DNA of 56,168 bases, the filler included, from Asterionella formosa (Eukaryota), in NCBI GenBank assembly GCA_002256025.1. It is 6 parts of 6 records of this genome, joined end to end, with 100 filler letters (N's around TTAATTAATTAA, not from the genome) between each part and the next. Parts side by side here need not be neighbours in the genome. Positions count along the whole stretch, not along the records: positions 1 to 9,283 come from NKIB01010872.1; positions 9,384 to 18,665 come from NKIB01010873.1; 4 more parts are not named here. One strand, written 5' to 3'. The notes below the pieces were generated by a model. The model made no database searches. It was not told the DNA's origin and saw only the letters and a list, made by a program, of their open reading frames with translations. The position numbers and the translations under genes are program-made. Below, piece after piece: positions 1 to 11,307 of this stretch. Each line of letters starts with the position of its first letter. Within the stretch, counting starts at the first letter, position 1.

Positions 1-14
1 CAGTCATCCTGGAT

Positions 15-2084
15 TTGCATGCACAGCAACGGGATGGAGGATGCAACAACATACCCAAGGAAGTACTAATGTCTGGTCATGTCAAAAGATTGCTGAAGAC
101 AGTAAAAATGAGAAAGACACAAATTGCAAAAAGCAATTTTGATGAAAAATTGACAAGTGAATTCACGCCATACACTGCTGCTCAAGATATACCAAGACTT
201 GAAGATTTTTTCTTTCAAAAAAATTCGTTATCCTCCATTTATTCAGTGGCTTCTTTACGTGATCGATATTGTCTTTTGATGACAACAAATGGGATCTTAA
301 GAGGCGAATCACTCTTTAAGTGCAAACTTTGCGATCTTTGTTCCTTGTTACACAAGGATAAAAATAGTCTAGAGGATATTTTAATTCATGTGATGCGCAT
401 TGCTACTGGGAAAACAAATGGGTTAAAGACTCTTTATGGACGTTGTATTCGACATCGTAATGTCAATGAGTGTGCTATTGGTGCTCTTGGATTTTATTTA
501 ATGGCAAGATTTATGCAGAGTGGAGAAGCAGAATCATTTTATTTTACTTCAAACAAAGCCTGGTTCAACATTAAGCTGTTGACAGATTCTCAGGGCTTCG
601 ACAACACTATTTCAGTAACTGATCAGGCATATGCAAGTAACATGAAGAATGCTTGCAGACACCTTGGCATTATTTCAAAACATTTCGTGCCTTTTGGTCG
701 ATTGGCTGGTTCAGTCAAAGCAGAATTGGATGAACTTGATGGCTATAACATCAATGACCTTGGAAATTGGAATGTGGATACTAGACGTGATGTTTACTCG
801 GCTAAACTGCCAATGAAAGCCATGCGTGTTATGGCTGGCCATCCAGATGAAAAAGGAAGTATTTTTTTCCACGAGATCATATCAAACCTTCAATGACCCT
901 GCAACAAACTATCTTTCCATTTATTGAAAAAAAATTGAATCTATTGATGCAGCTACCAATTCTACCGCCTTTGCTTTTCTTAATTTGCTCTCTTGCCTCC
1001 GTGTCGTCATTCTGCAAGATGCAGCAACAATGATATTGAATGGTTGGGGTCATTTTTTGTTCACATTGGATGTGGTTAACTGTGAAGAGTTCAAAGAATT
1101 TTGAAAGAATATGAGTCATCATCTGAATTTGGTTCAGGATCCAGTGGATCTTAGAATTGACTCTATTTTACCTGGTGTCAGAGATCGATTTACAAATTTG
1201 CATTCTGAAATGAGAGCAAAATTTTCACAGTTGAAAGACAGAGTTGATGGCTTAGTTCGACCACAACACTTACAGTCTCTTTTGAATCATTTGTTATCCT
1301 TAGATTTTTCATCCTCTGCACAGTCCTCGTCATCAATACAAAGAAATAGATCTTTGAATGATCAAAGCGTTCAACATCTGTTAGTGCCATTCACATGAAG
1401 AAAAATGATAATGGATGTCCAAGGTATGAACTCTATAAGAATCATTTGAGCTGCCTGTCGATTTGGCATGAATGGTTTGGTACACACTCATTTGATCACA
1501 ATAATAATCTAGGGTGTTTCCAGGGCGGCATTTTTCAGCTAGAAGCGAAATTCAAAAAACAATGGCGTTTCAATTTCACTCAAGCAGAAAGCAAACGATT
1601 TTCAAGAATCAAGCTAGCTGTTAAGCGCATTGAAGCCCTCATTTTGAAGACAAACAAAACATCAACAATTATTCTGCAAGTTGTAGATGATTCCTTAACC
1701 AGTTTCAATTCGAAAATGATTACCATAACAAACATTGAGCAGCATCTGACAACAAATTTTGACCATCTAGCATTGCAAATTTCTAATCAAGGTTTGACAT
1801 CTTCACCATCAGCTACTGAGATGCGTGCAGTGAAGTCAAAAAGTGTCATCAAACCTACAGATGAATTTGAATTGACAGCTAAAAAACCTGCATACAAGGA
1901 TCATATTTCACACACTACATTTGGAACCATTACTGAACCGATTGAAGCAGCCAAAGTTGATGATGCATACAATTCTACATTGATGACAACTGGTATGTGT
2001 GCTGTGTGTGGTGACACCATTCAATTGCATCATTGTATCATTTCTTACAAAAAATCATCTATCAGACTATCAAGTTGCAGGTGA
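15..2084 (+). pseudogene. Crypton tyrosine recombinase (Ndc10-domain-II-like YR) fused to C-terminal GCR1_C-like domain; disrupted, 5' end off contig
   Basis: YR motifs LRGES, GKTN, RH..C.IGALGFYL..RF, (H>P)FGR, LGNW, Y.AKLP..AMR.MAG in ORF 15-896. Continues via frameshifts at T-run 862-868 and A-run ~927-934 into PR..IKPS..LQ.TIFPF and LRVVILQDAA, with TGA at 1102-1104. ORF 1395-2084 carries IWHEWF...GGIFQLE..FKKQWR...KRFSRIK, the GCR1_C pattern. Confidence 0.85.
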
Positions 2085-2329
2085 GCAAGGAACAAAGTGT
2101 TCTAATTGTCTTGTCAAAAGTAAAAAACGTCGACTTGGATGAAGATAATTGAATTTAGATGAATTGAAAGTAAAGGAAGAGATATATTTATTCTACAACT
2201 GATAGAATGTAGAACAAGATCCGAATCTCACTCAGGAGCTTTGACAAATGCAAATGTGCCATTTTTACCATTAATTAGCATTTTCGCTTAAAGTTATTCA
2301 CTTAAACATTTTGGTAGTCTCAGTATTCA

Positions 2330-3343
2330 AAAAATCCATGTTTCGCTTCCTGAATTCACAGCATGTGCTTATATATTTGAAGCGCCTTTTTGTTTCTTCC
2401 CTTGTTGGACTTTGCGTGAGCATGATTTGAGAGCAAATTCACAACTATGTCATGGTCCTTCTGGGAGGCAGTTGATTGCAACTGAAGGGAATCAAATAGG
2501 ATTTTCTCAATTGGTAAGAATCAAAATTTCCCAAATACAGGAAAAAATATCCCAATGCAAGAAACACTTACCAAAAAGTTATCTTCATCAATTTAAATCA
2601 GAGCAGAGCATGCAGCTGCCAGCTCCATGAAATCATCTTTGTTTCCATTGCATGATGCTGTCTGCTGTGATTGCATTTGCGGCTTACTACTACTTCCTCC
2701 CCACATAGATTTCAACAACAAATGGACAGGCAACCATCCATCATCAGTCAACACTAAAGATGAAATGGGCGATGTATGTCCATCCACTACCACAGATCTC
2801 AGTAAAGGCGTTGATTCCATTACAACAGTCCACCATTCCTGTGGCAAATACCCTTCCAGCACCATTTCTGGCGGAACTTTTTCAGACAAGGTCCAAAGGA
2901 GTTCTTGAACCATAAATTCCGGAGTGAGCTTGATATGAAAGGAATCCAGCAATACATTCCTGCATGTCTTTCTCATGGCATTTTAAGTCAATTCTGCAGG
3001 ACCCAGGAACAAAACATCCCTGCAATCCAGTCGGCCCAAAATGGCAGCATCCTATCGATGATTTTCACTTCTTGCATTGGTCCTTGTTCTTGGTGATGGA
3101 TTTTTTACAACTAATTCCGACTTTTCTTGATTGACACCCGTGAATTTCTTCAATTGTGTTATTATTATTCATCTTGGCCTGTTGCATGAAGGTTTTCTGT
3201 CGATTTGAGACCTTAACAGTGTTGGTAGTATCGTTGCTAGCAATGGTCATATTGGCAATGGATCCGGTCAGGGATTGAATGACCAAATCAGACGAAATGC
3301 TTGCGCTGCCATAATCATTGTTATTCGACGCATTTGGATTCAT
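2330..3343 (-). pseudogene. Decayed ORF of unknown function convergent with the Crypton YR
   Basis: ORFs 3065-3343 and 2593-2976 join through a frameshift and in-frame TAG/TAA (..SENHR*DAAILGRLDCRDVLFLGPAELT*NAMRKTC..). A GTAAGT...CCCTTCAG intron-like segment lies at ~2482-2571. Confidence 0.35.
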
Positions 3344-3599
3344 CGCATTATGCTTGAGAAATAGATGAAAAGTGCTTGGTGGTACATTGATTGGACGCGT
3401 CGCTTGGATTGCTCACAGTTCATTCTCGATTGTTATGTGATTGATGACTGCCTGGATGGTATGGGTCGTGTTTCTTGCATGGTTGTCATGGCTCGCTATG
3501 GCTCTGAGATGGTGTGGCGACCTTCTTCTGTCATGCTGAGAGATTCAGCTTGTTGATTTATGACTCCGCAATTTACGATGACTTCGGGGCAAGAGGAAC

Positions 3600-3820
3600 G
3601 GATTGGGACAATTATTTTGCGATTTTGATGGAAGATGGGATTTACTTTCGATTATTATAGCTAGCTGTCCTACCTGGTACCAGGTACCCAGTAAGAATGG
3701 CAACGATCAGGTTTAAATGGATGACCATCACTGTATAATAGTGTATACCGGTAGTGCTTCTGACTTGGTATATAATAACCAGGTTATTAATACTGCTTTA
3801 CTAACGGTATAATTAACCAA
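3600..3820. repeat. ~220-bp dispersed repeat, copy A (inverted relative to 7603-7824)
   Basis: GGATTGGGACAATTATTTTGC...CACTGTATAATAGTGTA...TATATAATAACCAGGTTATTAATACTGCTTTACTA aligns to the reverse complement of 7603-7824. Confidence 0.8.
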
Positions 3821-5435
3821 GACTTTTATAGTAAATCTTAACTATATTCATGAGCTATAACAATGTAGAAACTAAGCTAACTCGGTGGATCTGACATCAT
3901 ATAGGGACAGTCAGTATACTAACACAGAAATATGATTCAGTTACAATGTCTAGGACCAACATTAAGCCTAGTGCGAGGCATTACCTTCAGACCACTTACT
4001 ACAATGTTTGATCCAACTTAGGGTATCATGCAGTGATTCCCTACTGGTTATAGCTAGGGTCGTCAATACCTAATTAATACTGTGCTCATTAACCGAAAAC
4101 CCATAAGTAAACTTAGTCTCTAAGTCAGGATCAAGCCTGACATCGAGCAACCAATGATTTATGATCTCCAATGTCTTGCTTACAATGGGTATTCAAATGC
4201 TAAATGACTAGAAAGGTTCATGTCATCACCTTTCCAAACCAGCTAGTGATAATAGATTAAATAATCGTTAACTCACTTTTTCTAATCTATACTCTGCTTA
4301 TACCCTGCTGTAAATTTGTTTATGACTGATCGCCTACATGATAGCCTAGTGGCAGCCAAGACCATTATCCGGATGAAGCATTTCCAACTACATTACATTT
4401 ATTATCGACGATGAAATCCCTTGATTGGTTCTGTGGTAACAGTACTATTATCCAGAAGAAGTCCAACTACAGTAAATTTCCTAATGATGATAGAAGCTCT
4501 TTTACGTCATATCCCAATGATATTAGAAGGAAGCAGAGAGGTTTATTTTCTGTTGTAATGTTGAATGAATACAATTATAAAATAATAATTGAGTTTCTCC
4601 TTTGTTATCCAAAGTTGTTGGACTTAGTACTGCCCAAATCATGACATACCACATGAAGTTTATCGATGGGAAAATATGCAATGGATATACATTCGTCCTT
4701 TTTTCCTATCGCGCTGATAAATTTTTGGATGGATTGCTTTTTGGGGTAACAGCAGCCACTTGGATAGATCGCTCTTATTCCCGAGGCATGCATTTAATCT
4801 GGAGTAAACGATCAAATGGAATCTTAAGTGGATTATTGATAGAGCAGTATATGCGGTATCTAGAAACATGCGTAGGAAGAGAAGACTTAATTAACTGGGC
4901 TGTGTGCAGTTTCCATGACAGGGAAAGTGGGACGGAATTAGCATACTTTCCCTTGTTTACAATCCTTTCCCAGGAACATGACAAAAACATACTGGATTTT
5001 CGCACACAAGCAAATTATAACAACTAAATGAGCATGATGGTTGATTGATGACGCCATATTTCTGGTATAGAGTTCTTGCATGCTCATGACCAAGGCCCCA
5101 TGATGACATTATTCATCATTCTTGCAATTTTGAAACATATTATTTGTTGTCAGTCTGCCACTTAAATTATTATATTTTTTGAGTACAATGACCATCATGA
5201 GTACCCTTACCAAAGAGCATCGCGACTGAGAAAAACGAAAAACAGGGGATGAAATGTGTTTATATGTACATGGTCAAATTTCGTAGTGCAAAGATTGGCT
5301 GTGCTGGGGTACCTGGTACCGTATATGGCACTAGTCAATTAATATTGAAGCATAGCTAGATATATAGATATCATACATATAAAGCTTATTTCATACATCA
5401 TTTTCATATTGGTGTGGAATGCATATATATGCATT

Positions 5436-5581
5436 GACTAGACTAGTACTAATTATTATTTTAACATGCATCACGCCATGATAATTATGGTAAATGATAC
5501 TGATCATGGTGACTAGACTATTAATTATAATTTTAACATGCATCCCGCAATGATAATTATGGTAAATAACACTTATCATGG
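5436..5581. repeat. Tandem repeat, 2 x ~73 bp
   Basis: GACTAGACTA..AATTAT.ATTTTAACATGCATC.CGC.ATGATAATTATGGTAAAT.A.ACT.ATCATGG occurs twice. Confidence 0.8.
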
Positions 5582-6705
5582 AGAGCTTGAAGCAACATTG
5601 CTCTATTTAAATGCTGTTTGACATTGTGAACAACCTGATCGGGTGGTAACTTTTCTAAATTTGATTCTTGACAGGTTTTTAATGAAATGACCCTAAATTA
5701 TAATGTATGCACTAATTGCTACCACCATGTGCATTAAGCTAAATTCACAAAAAAAATAGTGCCAATCCTTCTCACTGCAATGATGCTTCAAATTTGTAGA
5801 AATCGAAGGGCTCTGTTGTAGTGCTTAGGAGGGATGAGACAAGCAAAGATTTGACATTTACATTTGGGAAAAAATACTCGAAAGTGGTGCATGAATAATT
5901 AAGAAAACAATGCCACAGACAGCCATTAACTTGATGGCGAAAAGTTCCAATTGTTTTATTATTCCTATGGATATTGCAAAAACCTATCTCTGATGTTTTA
6001 AATCAATCACCTTATGTAGAAGGGCTTCGTCAAAGAAAAGATCATCTTGGCGGATCTTGAATAGCCCTCGTGGATGCCTGCAGTACACAATATTTGGATC
6101 GTAACACTCTTCCGTTGATCTTTGATCCATTGCAGTGTCCAACAGTCAGATGTACAATGTGAAGGTTCAAAATCATGAACTAGCCAAATAATTTTTGACC
6201 ATGTATGCATAGATTTTTGGTGTAGAAGATTCGCATTACATAGAAGAAGGAATAGGGCAGGAACAGCTAGGTTTTCAACCTCACCTCGTCTCTTTCATAT
6301 AGATATACCAAAACTTCTAATTGTTTCTGGTCATTTAAAGAAAGCATTAAAGGAACAGGTAAAAAGATGCAATGACCAATTCTTGCAGCCGGATGCATCA
6401 ACAACAAATGCTCCAAAGTGACTGCTTACACAACTTGTATTCCATAACAATGAAAAAGTGTTGCCACTGGAACGTGTCCCTTTTTGAAGCTAAGGAAAAT
6501 TGTCAAAAAGGTGCTGTAAAAAGGGAAGCTCCTGGTAGTTGCTAGTTCGAGGACATTTTAAAATTAAGATTGGAGGATTGGGAGTGTCCGGTGTCAATTT
6601 TTCATGGAATAGTTCCTTAAAGTAAGCTTGAAATCATCCCAGTATCCATTCCTCTTCATTCCAATCACTTTCGCTAGAGCATGAGTTTTGTTGTTGACCC
6701 TTGGA

Positions 6706-7192
6706 CTAATTTGATGGCGCTGGGCGACATCGCCATCGAACACCCCGATTCTCTAAGTCTTCCTCAATATCCCTATCAAACTGCCCCGTGACCGAAATAG
6801 CATAAACTCCAGGAAGATAGGAATCACACCTCATCCACTTAGCAGCCCAACTTTCCCGAGGATCCATTACTGCCGCTTGCCCTTCAAAGAATGCGGTCGT
6901 GCACAAATTACATCGTTCGGGGTTGTCTGCCTTTGTTGGCGATTAGATTAGCAAACAAAGTTGCAGCTTGACACCTTCCACCTTAATCTGTTGCACGTAC
7001 CATGTCTAGAAATGGACAATTTTCGCATCCTTCGTTGATGAATTGATCCACCGTCTTGAGGATTCCACAACGCTTGCAAGCACGAATTCCTCGCAGCGAA
7101 GATGGAACAGATGCTTGCGCGAGTTCAGCAACTTGTTCGGGAACATCTTCTTCTCCTTCTCCTTCTTCAGCATAGTTGCTAGATGATGCCAT
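6706..7192 (-). CDS. SPT4: Transcription elongation factor SPT4 (138 aa; exons 7192-7001 and 6930-6706)
   Basis: RACKRC..LKT.DQF...GCENC zinc motif, CTT.FFEG, SWAAKW, PGVYAISVTG. A 70-bp GTACGT...CTAAT...AAG intron (6931-7000) joins the two ORF pieces in frame. Confidence 0.96.
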
Positions 7193-7407
7193 TGTTGTAG
7201 TTGAAACTCGGATGAAACGGACGGCAATAGGCACTGGAAACAGCAAGAAAACAACAGAAAGACAATGACTGCTTCGACGTGTGTTCCATGTTCCGTCAGC
7301 ACGTCGCTAAGGTCAAGACTTGACAAATACGGACGAGTGCCAGGCGTTAATAAGCGTACATACCGATACGTAAATGTACACATGTATAGCATACACATCT
7401 TTAAAAT

Positions 7408-7502
7408 CAGCAAATTGCGGTAATTTTGTTGAAACTAAGCATTTAGCTATCTTTATCCCATATCAAATTGTTTGTTTAAGCAAAATGACCGCAACTTGCT
7501 GG
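7408..7502. mobile_element. MITE-like hairpin repeat, copy 1
   Basis: Arms CAGCAAATTGCGGTAAT / ATGACCGCAACTTGCTG. Closely similar to the reverse complement of 10731-10826. Confidence 0.7.
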
Positions 7503-7602
7503 TTTGTATCATACATACGGAAATGGAATGCATTGTTATTTATTTATACCAAGTCTGGACTTGAGTCCAAAGTCTGATGCCACCACGTCAGACTTCACGA
7601 CA

Positions 7603-7824
7603 AATAACCAAGGTTATTATAGTATTATAGTAAAGCACTATTAATAACCTGGTTATTATATAACAAGTAAGAAACACTTTACACTATTATACAGTGACGT
7701 CTGATGTACATCAGTATAAAGCGAATGGTCACAATTATAGTCTTACCAGTACTACCGGTAAGTTAAATCCAATATTGTAGTAATCATATCTCCCATTAAA
7801 ATAGCAAAACAATTGTCCCAATCC
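7603..7824. repeat. ~220-bp dispersed repeat, copy B (inverted copy of 3600-3820)
   Basis: Ends in GCAAAACAATTGTCCCAATCC and contains AATAACC(T/AA)GGTTATT palindromes. Confidence 0.8.
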
Positions 7825-8419
7825 AAAGTCATCATCATTGTGATTGTGCTTGTGCTTGACTGCTATTACCATCTGACGCTGCCGGGGGGGGGGCGGAGGG
7901 GGGGGGGGGGGGGGAGGGGTTCATTGTGGATTCTTTTTAGCAGGAGTGCGATGAGCCTTGGCTTTGTGTAACTTTTTCAAAAACAACTGCTGTGAGAGCT
8001 GTACCTCCTCGTTGTTGTGTTGTTGCCACACAACCACGTCGTCTTCATGTTATCCTTTGTTGTCTCGTTTTGAATGCACATTCAAATACAAATGCAAGAA
8101 ACATCGTCCTTTTATTGCACTTTGCAACAGATGCTCTGTTCCACAAGATTGCACAAAAACATGAACCTTTCCGTTGCAGACGACGACACAAAGGTATTCA
8201 GGCCCATCAATCGATGAAAATCGGTTGATAATGATGACAGACGAAGACGGTTGTGTGACTGCTCATCCTCACATGGCGGCTGATCTGATTCCTATAAGTA
8301 GTACGGAGGAGGACATGACAGTGGTTTAGCACATGGCCTTTGATCTGAAGTTGTGAGGTTGCTTCAATTCCCGCAATTTCTAGGGACCACATAGAAAAGG
8401 TAAAAGCATCTTTGATGTT

Positions 8420-8840
8420 GACGATTTTGCCTAGAAATATAAATAGCACAACTCTATATCCACATATATTCATCCTTCTTTTCTTTTTCTGCATAGAGTC
8501 TTTTAGCAGTTCAACAATGACTAGTACATAAGTACGATTCACACACTGTGCGTGCTGTCTCGATTTTGTCATGCGTAATTCTCCTGGCTGGAAAAGGTAC
8601 CCACCTCTGCACCTTTGACCTTGTGGATGGAGTTTATAGTCCTTTGTCACCTGGATTGCTTGCATCCTCGAGTTCTTGGAGGATCTTGTCCAGCATTGTA
8701 GCTAGCTAGTACACCAATTGAAGGTGACCAAAGATGCAGGCCAACTTTCACGGTTGATTCGCAACAGGCAGTGATGATGGGCACAGCTGCATCCATTATT
8801 GCTTGCCATTAAGCCAAAGATCTGACCATCAGGGGCAGGG
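8420..8840 (-). pseudogene. Decayed ORF, possibly of a diatom repeat-associated (HIRAN-like) family
   Basis: PDGQIFGLMASNNGCSCAHHHC followed, after a frameshift, by QAIQVTK...IVELLKDS. Resemblance is from memory only. Confidence 0.25.
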
Positions 8841-9283
8841 ATGTAAATTACATCAACATCCATTTAGATGATAATGATGCCAGTAGCTATGAATGAAATC
8901 ATTCATACTGCTGGCAAAATCAATGCATGAGCATTGCTGTATATATACATGTACCCAATGAATATTTGTATGTTTAAATCGTTTCGATTAATTTATTTAG
9001 ATGCTAATTATTTATTTACTGAAACTGAGTTTATAAACAGGCATTCTTTCAAGTATGCCGACCCTCACATAGGAAAATGGCATGTTGTCTGCGTAATCCG
9101 TCCTAATATACGTTGTTCGGCATTTAGGGTTGGGAAAATCGATGCAAGGAACCAAATACTAGATGCCACCAGTAGAGGGAGTACCGGTACCTGGAACCAG
9201 GGGTGGAAGAAGTTTAGGAAAACAAAGCTAAATTGCTCATTTACTGCAACTTGAAAGGGAGTATGTTTTATGTTCCACTGCCC

Positions 9284-9383
9284 NNNNNNNNNNNNNNNNN
9301 NNNNNNNNNNNNNNNNNNNNNNNNNNNTTAATTAATTAANNNNNNNNNNNNNNNNNNNNNNNNNNNNNNNNNNNNNNNNNNNN
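9284..9383. other. Artificial contig linker N44-TTAATTAATTAA-N44
   Basis: Identical 100-bp spacer with stops in all six frames. Confidence 0.98.
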
Positions 9384-10176
9384 GAGAAGTTGACCGGTAT
9401 GAAAATTAAGTCGTACGCAACGCCGGGCGTACCAGGAAAGACATTGAACAAGAATGACGGTGAAGTCATTATGGAAGGAGAATATCGAAAAATTGTGGGC
9501 AAGTTACTATCATGGTCTACAAAAAAGGATTTGCCGGACTGTGCGAATGCGGTTCGGGAACTATCGGCTCATTTAAGCTGCCCAGGTGAAGAACAATGGC
9601 ATGCAGTGGCAAGAGTCATTGGTTACCTATCCAATATGGAGGATAGAGTTCTCAAGTTGCGTAAGTCAAAAGAGTTAAGAGTCATTGCCTACGTGGACAG
9701 TGACTGGGCTGCTAATAAGGTTAACAGGTAAAGCACGACTGGCTATCTTATTACTATTTGTGGGGCACTTATCAGTTGGCAGTCGAAGGGACAACAAACG
9801 GTTTCGCTGTCCAGCACGGAAGCCGAGTATGTGGCGATGTCCCAGTGTGGACAAGAGATCAAGTTCATAGCAATGCTACTGAAAGGTTACTGGTGGTAAG
9901 GTCATGTTACCAAGTATCCTACGAGAAGACAATACAGGAGCTATTTTTATCGCGAAGAATCGGCAAATCAGAACCAGGACAAAACATATTGATATTAAGT
10001 ATCATCATGTAAAGGACATGACTGAGGATGAAGAATTGGAAGTCATTTTTATAAGGTTGGAAGATAATTTTGCGGACATTATTACCAAGAACGTGAAGAA
10101 ACAGATTCATACGAGATTGTCTGAACCAATTCAGAGTGGAACGATGTTACAGCCTCTTGAGCATGGCAATGGGTAG
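9384..10176 (+). pseudogene. Ty1/Copia pol, RT C-terminus plus RNase H (disrupted, 5' truncated by contig start)
   Basis: YRKIVGKLL, PD.ANAVREL, YVDSDWA, STTGY, ISWQSK.Q.TVSLSSTEAEY, EDNTGAI, RTKHIDIKYH, ADIITK. In-frame TAA at 9729-9731 and a frameshift near 9890. Confidence 0.95.
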
Positions 10177-10178
10177 GA

Positions 10179-10590
10179 TGTCAAGAATATTAGCCCGAGT
10201 CACAAGGATTGTGGACTCGATTGTAATTGAACGAGTCAAATATTGCATTGCCACGTCAATCAGCTGTCTAACGAGATCAAAGATTGAAGATTTCTATGGA
10301 AATGTTAAGTGGAAACTCGAAGAGAGTCTTAGAACGACTTTGCAGGAAGCAAAGATGCATGGAAAGGAAACATTTAGTTTAGCTTATAATTTAATTTGAG
10401 TTTTAGATTATCAACCAAGGAAACAGTCGTGTGTTAATTGACAGCAAGGTCAATTAGTCTATCTAGCAGGAAGGCTAGAAGCAGAGACAAGAGAGAAAGT
10501 AAGTGGTACTAGGTAGTACTACGATCACGTAAGAGTCTACGTGGTGAAGAGAGACCAAGCCTGCGGGAAGGAGTATGGACCATTTCAACA
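10179..10590 (+). mobile_element. 3' LTR of the Copia element (~412 bp)
   Basis: Purine tract GGGTAGGA (10171-10178) immediately precedes TGTCAAGA; candidate end TTTCAACA at 10590. Confidence 0.7.
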
Positions 10591-10730
10591 CGCTTGGTAT
10601 CCGGTCGTCTACCACTACCTGGTACCAGGTACTCCTACCATACAGCCGTACTTAATGATTTGACACACAAACAAACAAAACATATGACTCTTCTTATGAT
10701 ATATACATACAAGGTACCAGGTAGCAGGTA

Positions 10731-10826
10731 CCAGCAAGTTGCGGTCATATTTCTTAAATAAACAATATAATATGGGATAAAGATAGCTAAACTTTTAGTT
10801 TCAGCACAATTACCGCAACTTGTAGG
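10731..10826. mobile_element. MITE-like hairpin repeat, copy 2 (TA-flanked, CC...GG ends)
   Basis: TA|CCAGCAAGTTGCGGTCAT...ATTACCGCAACTTGTAGG|TA; reverse-complement homolog of 7408-7502. Confidence 0.7.
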
Positions 10827-11307
10827 TACCATACCAGGTTGTACCAGGTAACATTTACATACGAGGATATTTTTCCCAATATGTATACCCGGTAGTCAGC
10901 AACCGCTAAATTTCAAATATCACTTTGCGCCATGTCAACCACTTATTATGTGCATTCCGGCGCGCTTGACGGGTCCGCTGTCCACTGGACCATCACCTTC
11001 ACTACCGGTAAACTACCGGAACGGTAAACTTATTGCACCTGTAACGTACACGACAAAGCCAACCGATAGACTGCCTGGTATTCCTACCTGGTAGGTACCC
11101 TTACCAGTCACAGTGCCAGCGTACCAGTACTGCGTCTAGCACCGGGACGTTGTCCTACCGGTAAATGTAGCGGTACAAGTACCGGTAGCAATTTGATTTG
11201 ATTTGATTTGATTCCTTCATCCCACTAAAAAAAACAACCGGTATTTCATTCATAGTACCAGCCAGGTCATCCCGGCCCTGAAATAGTCAACAGAAAACCG
11301 ATTGACT

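Larger units (their letters stand above)
1..3820 (+). mobile_element. Decayed Crypton element (CryptonF-like); right boundary inferred
   Basis: YR-GCR1_C pseudogene, a convergent decayed ORF, and a ~220-bp segment (3600-3820) repeated in inverted form at 7603-7824. The boundary is inference. Confidence 0.55.

Noticed and set aside
4411..5027. Overlapping ORFs 4411-4644 and 4602-5027 as a gene
   Set aside because: No recognisable domain or splice model; may be a relic but cannot be supported.
5800..6650. Possible decayed glycosyltransferase-like gene on the minus strand
   Set aside because: Only short fragments (e.g. YDPNIVYCRHPRG) amid many stops; no assignable motif.
7884..7919. Poly-G run (also 41500-41514) as a functional G-quadruplex
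   Set aside because: Simple homopolymer with unreliable length; no supporting context.
9328..9339. TTAATTAATTAA as a biological motif
   Set aside because: Always centred in N44 flanks; it is an artificial six-frame-stop spacer.
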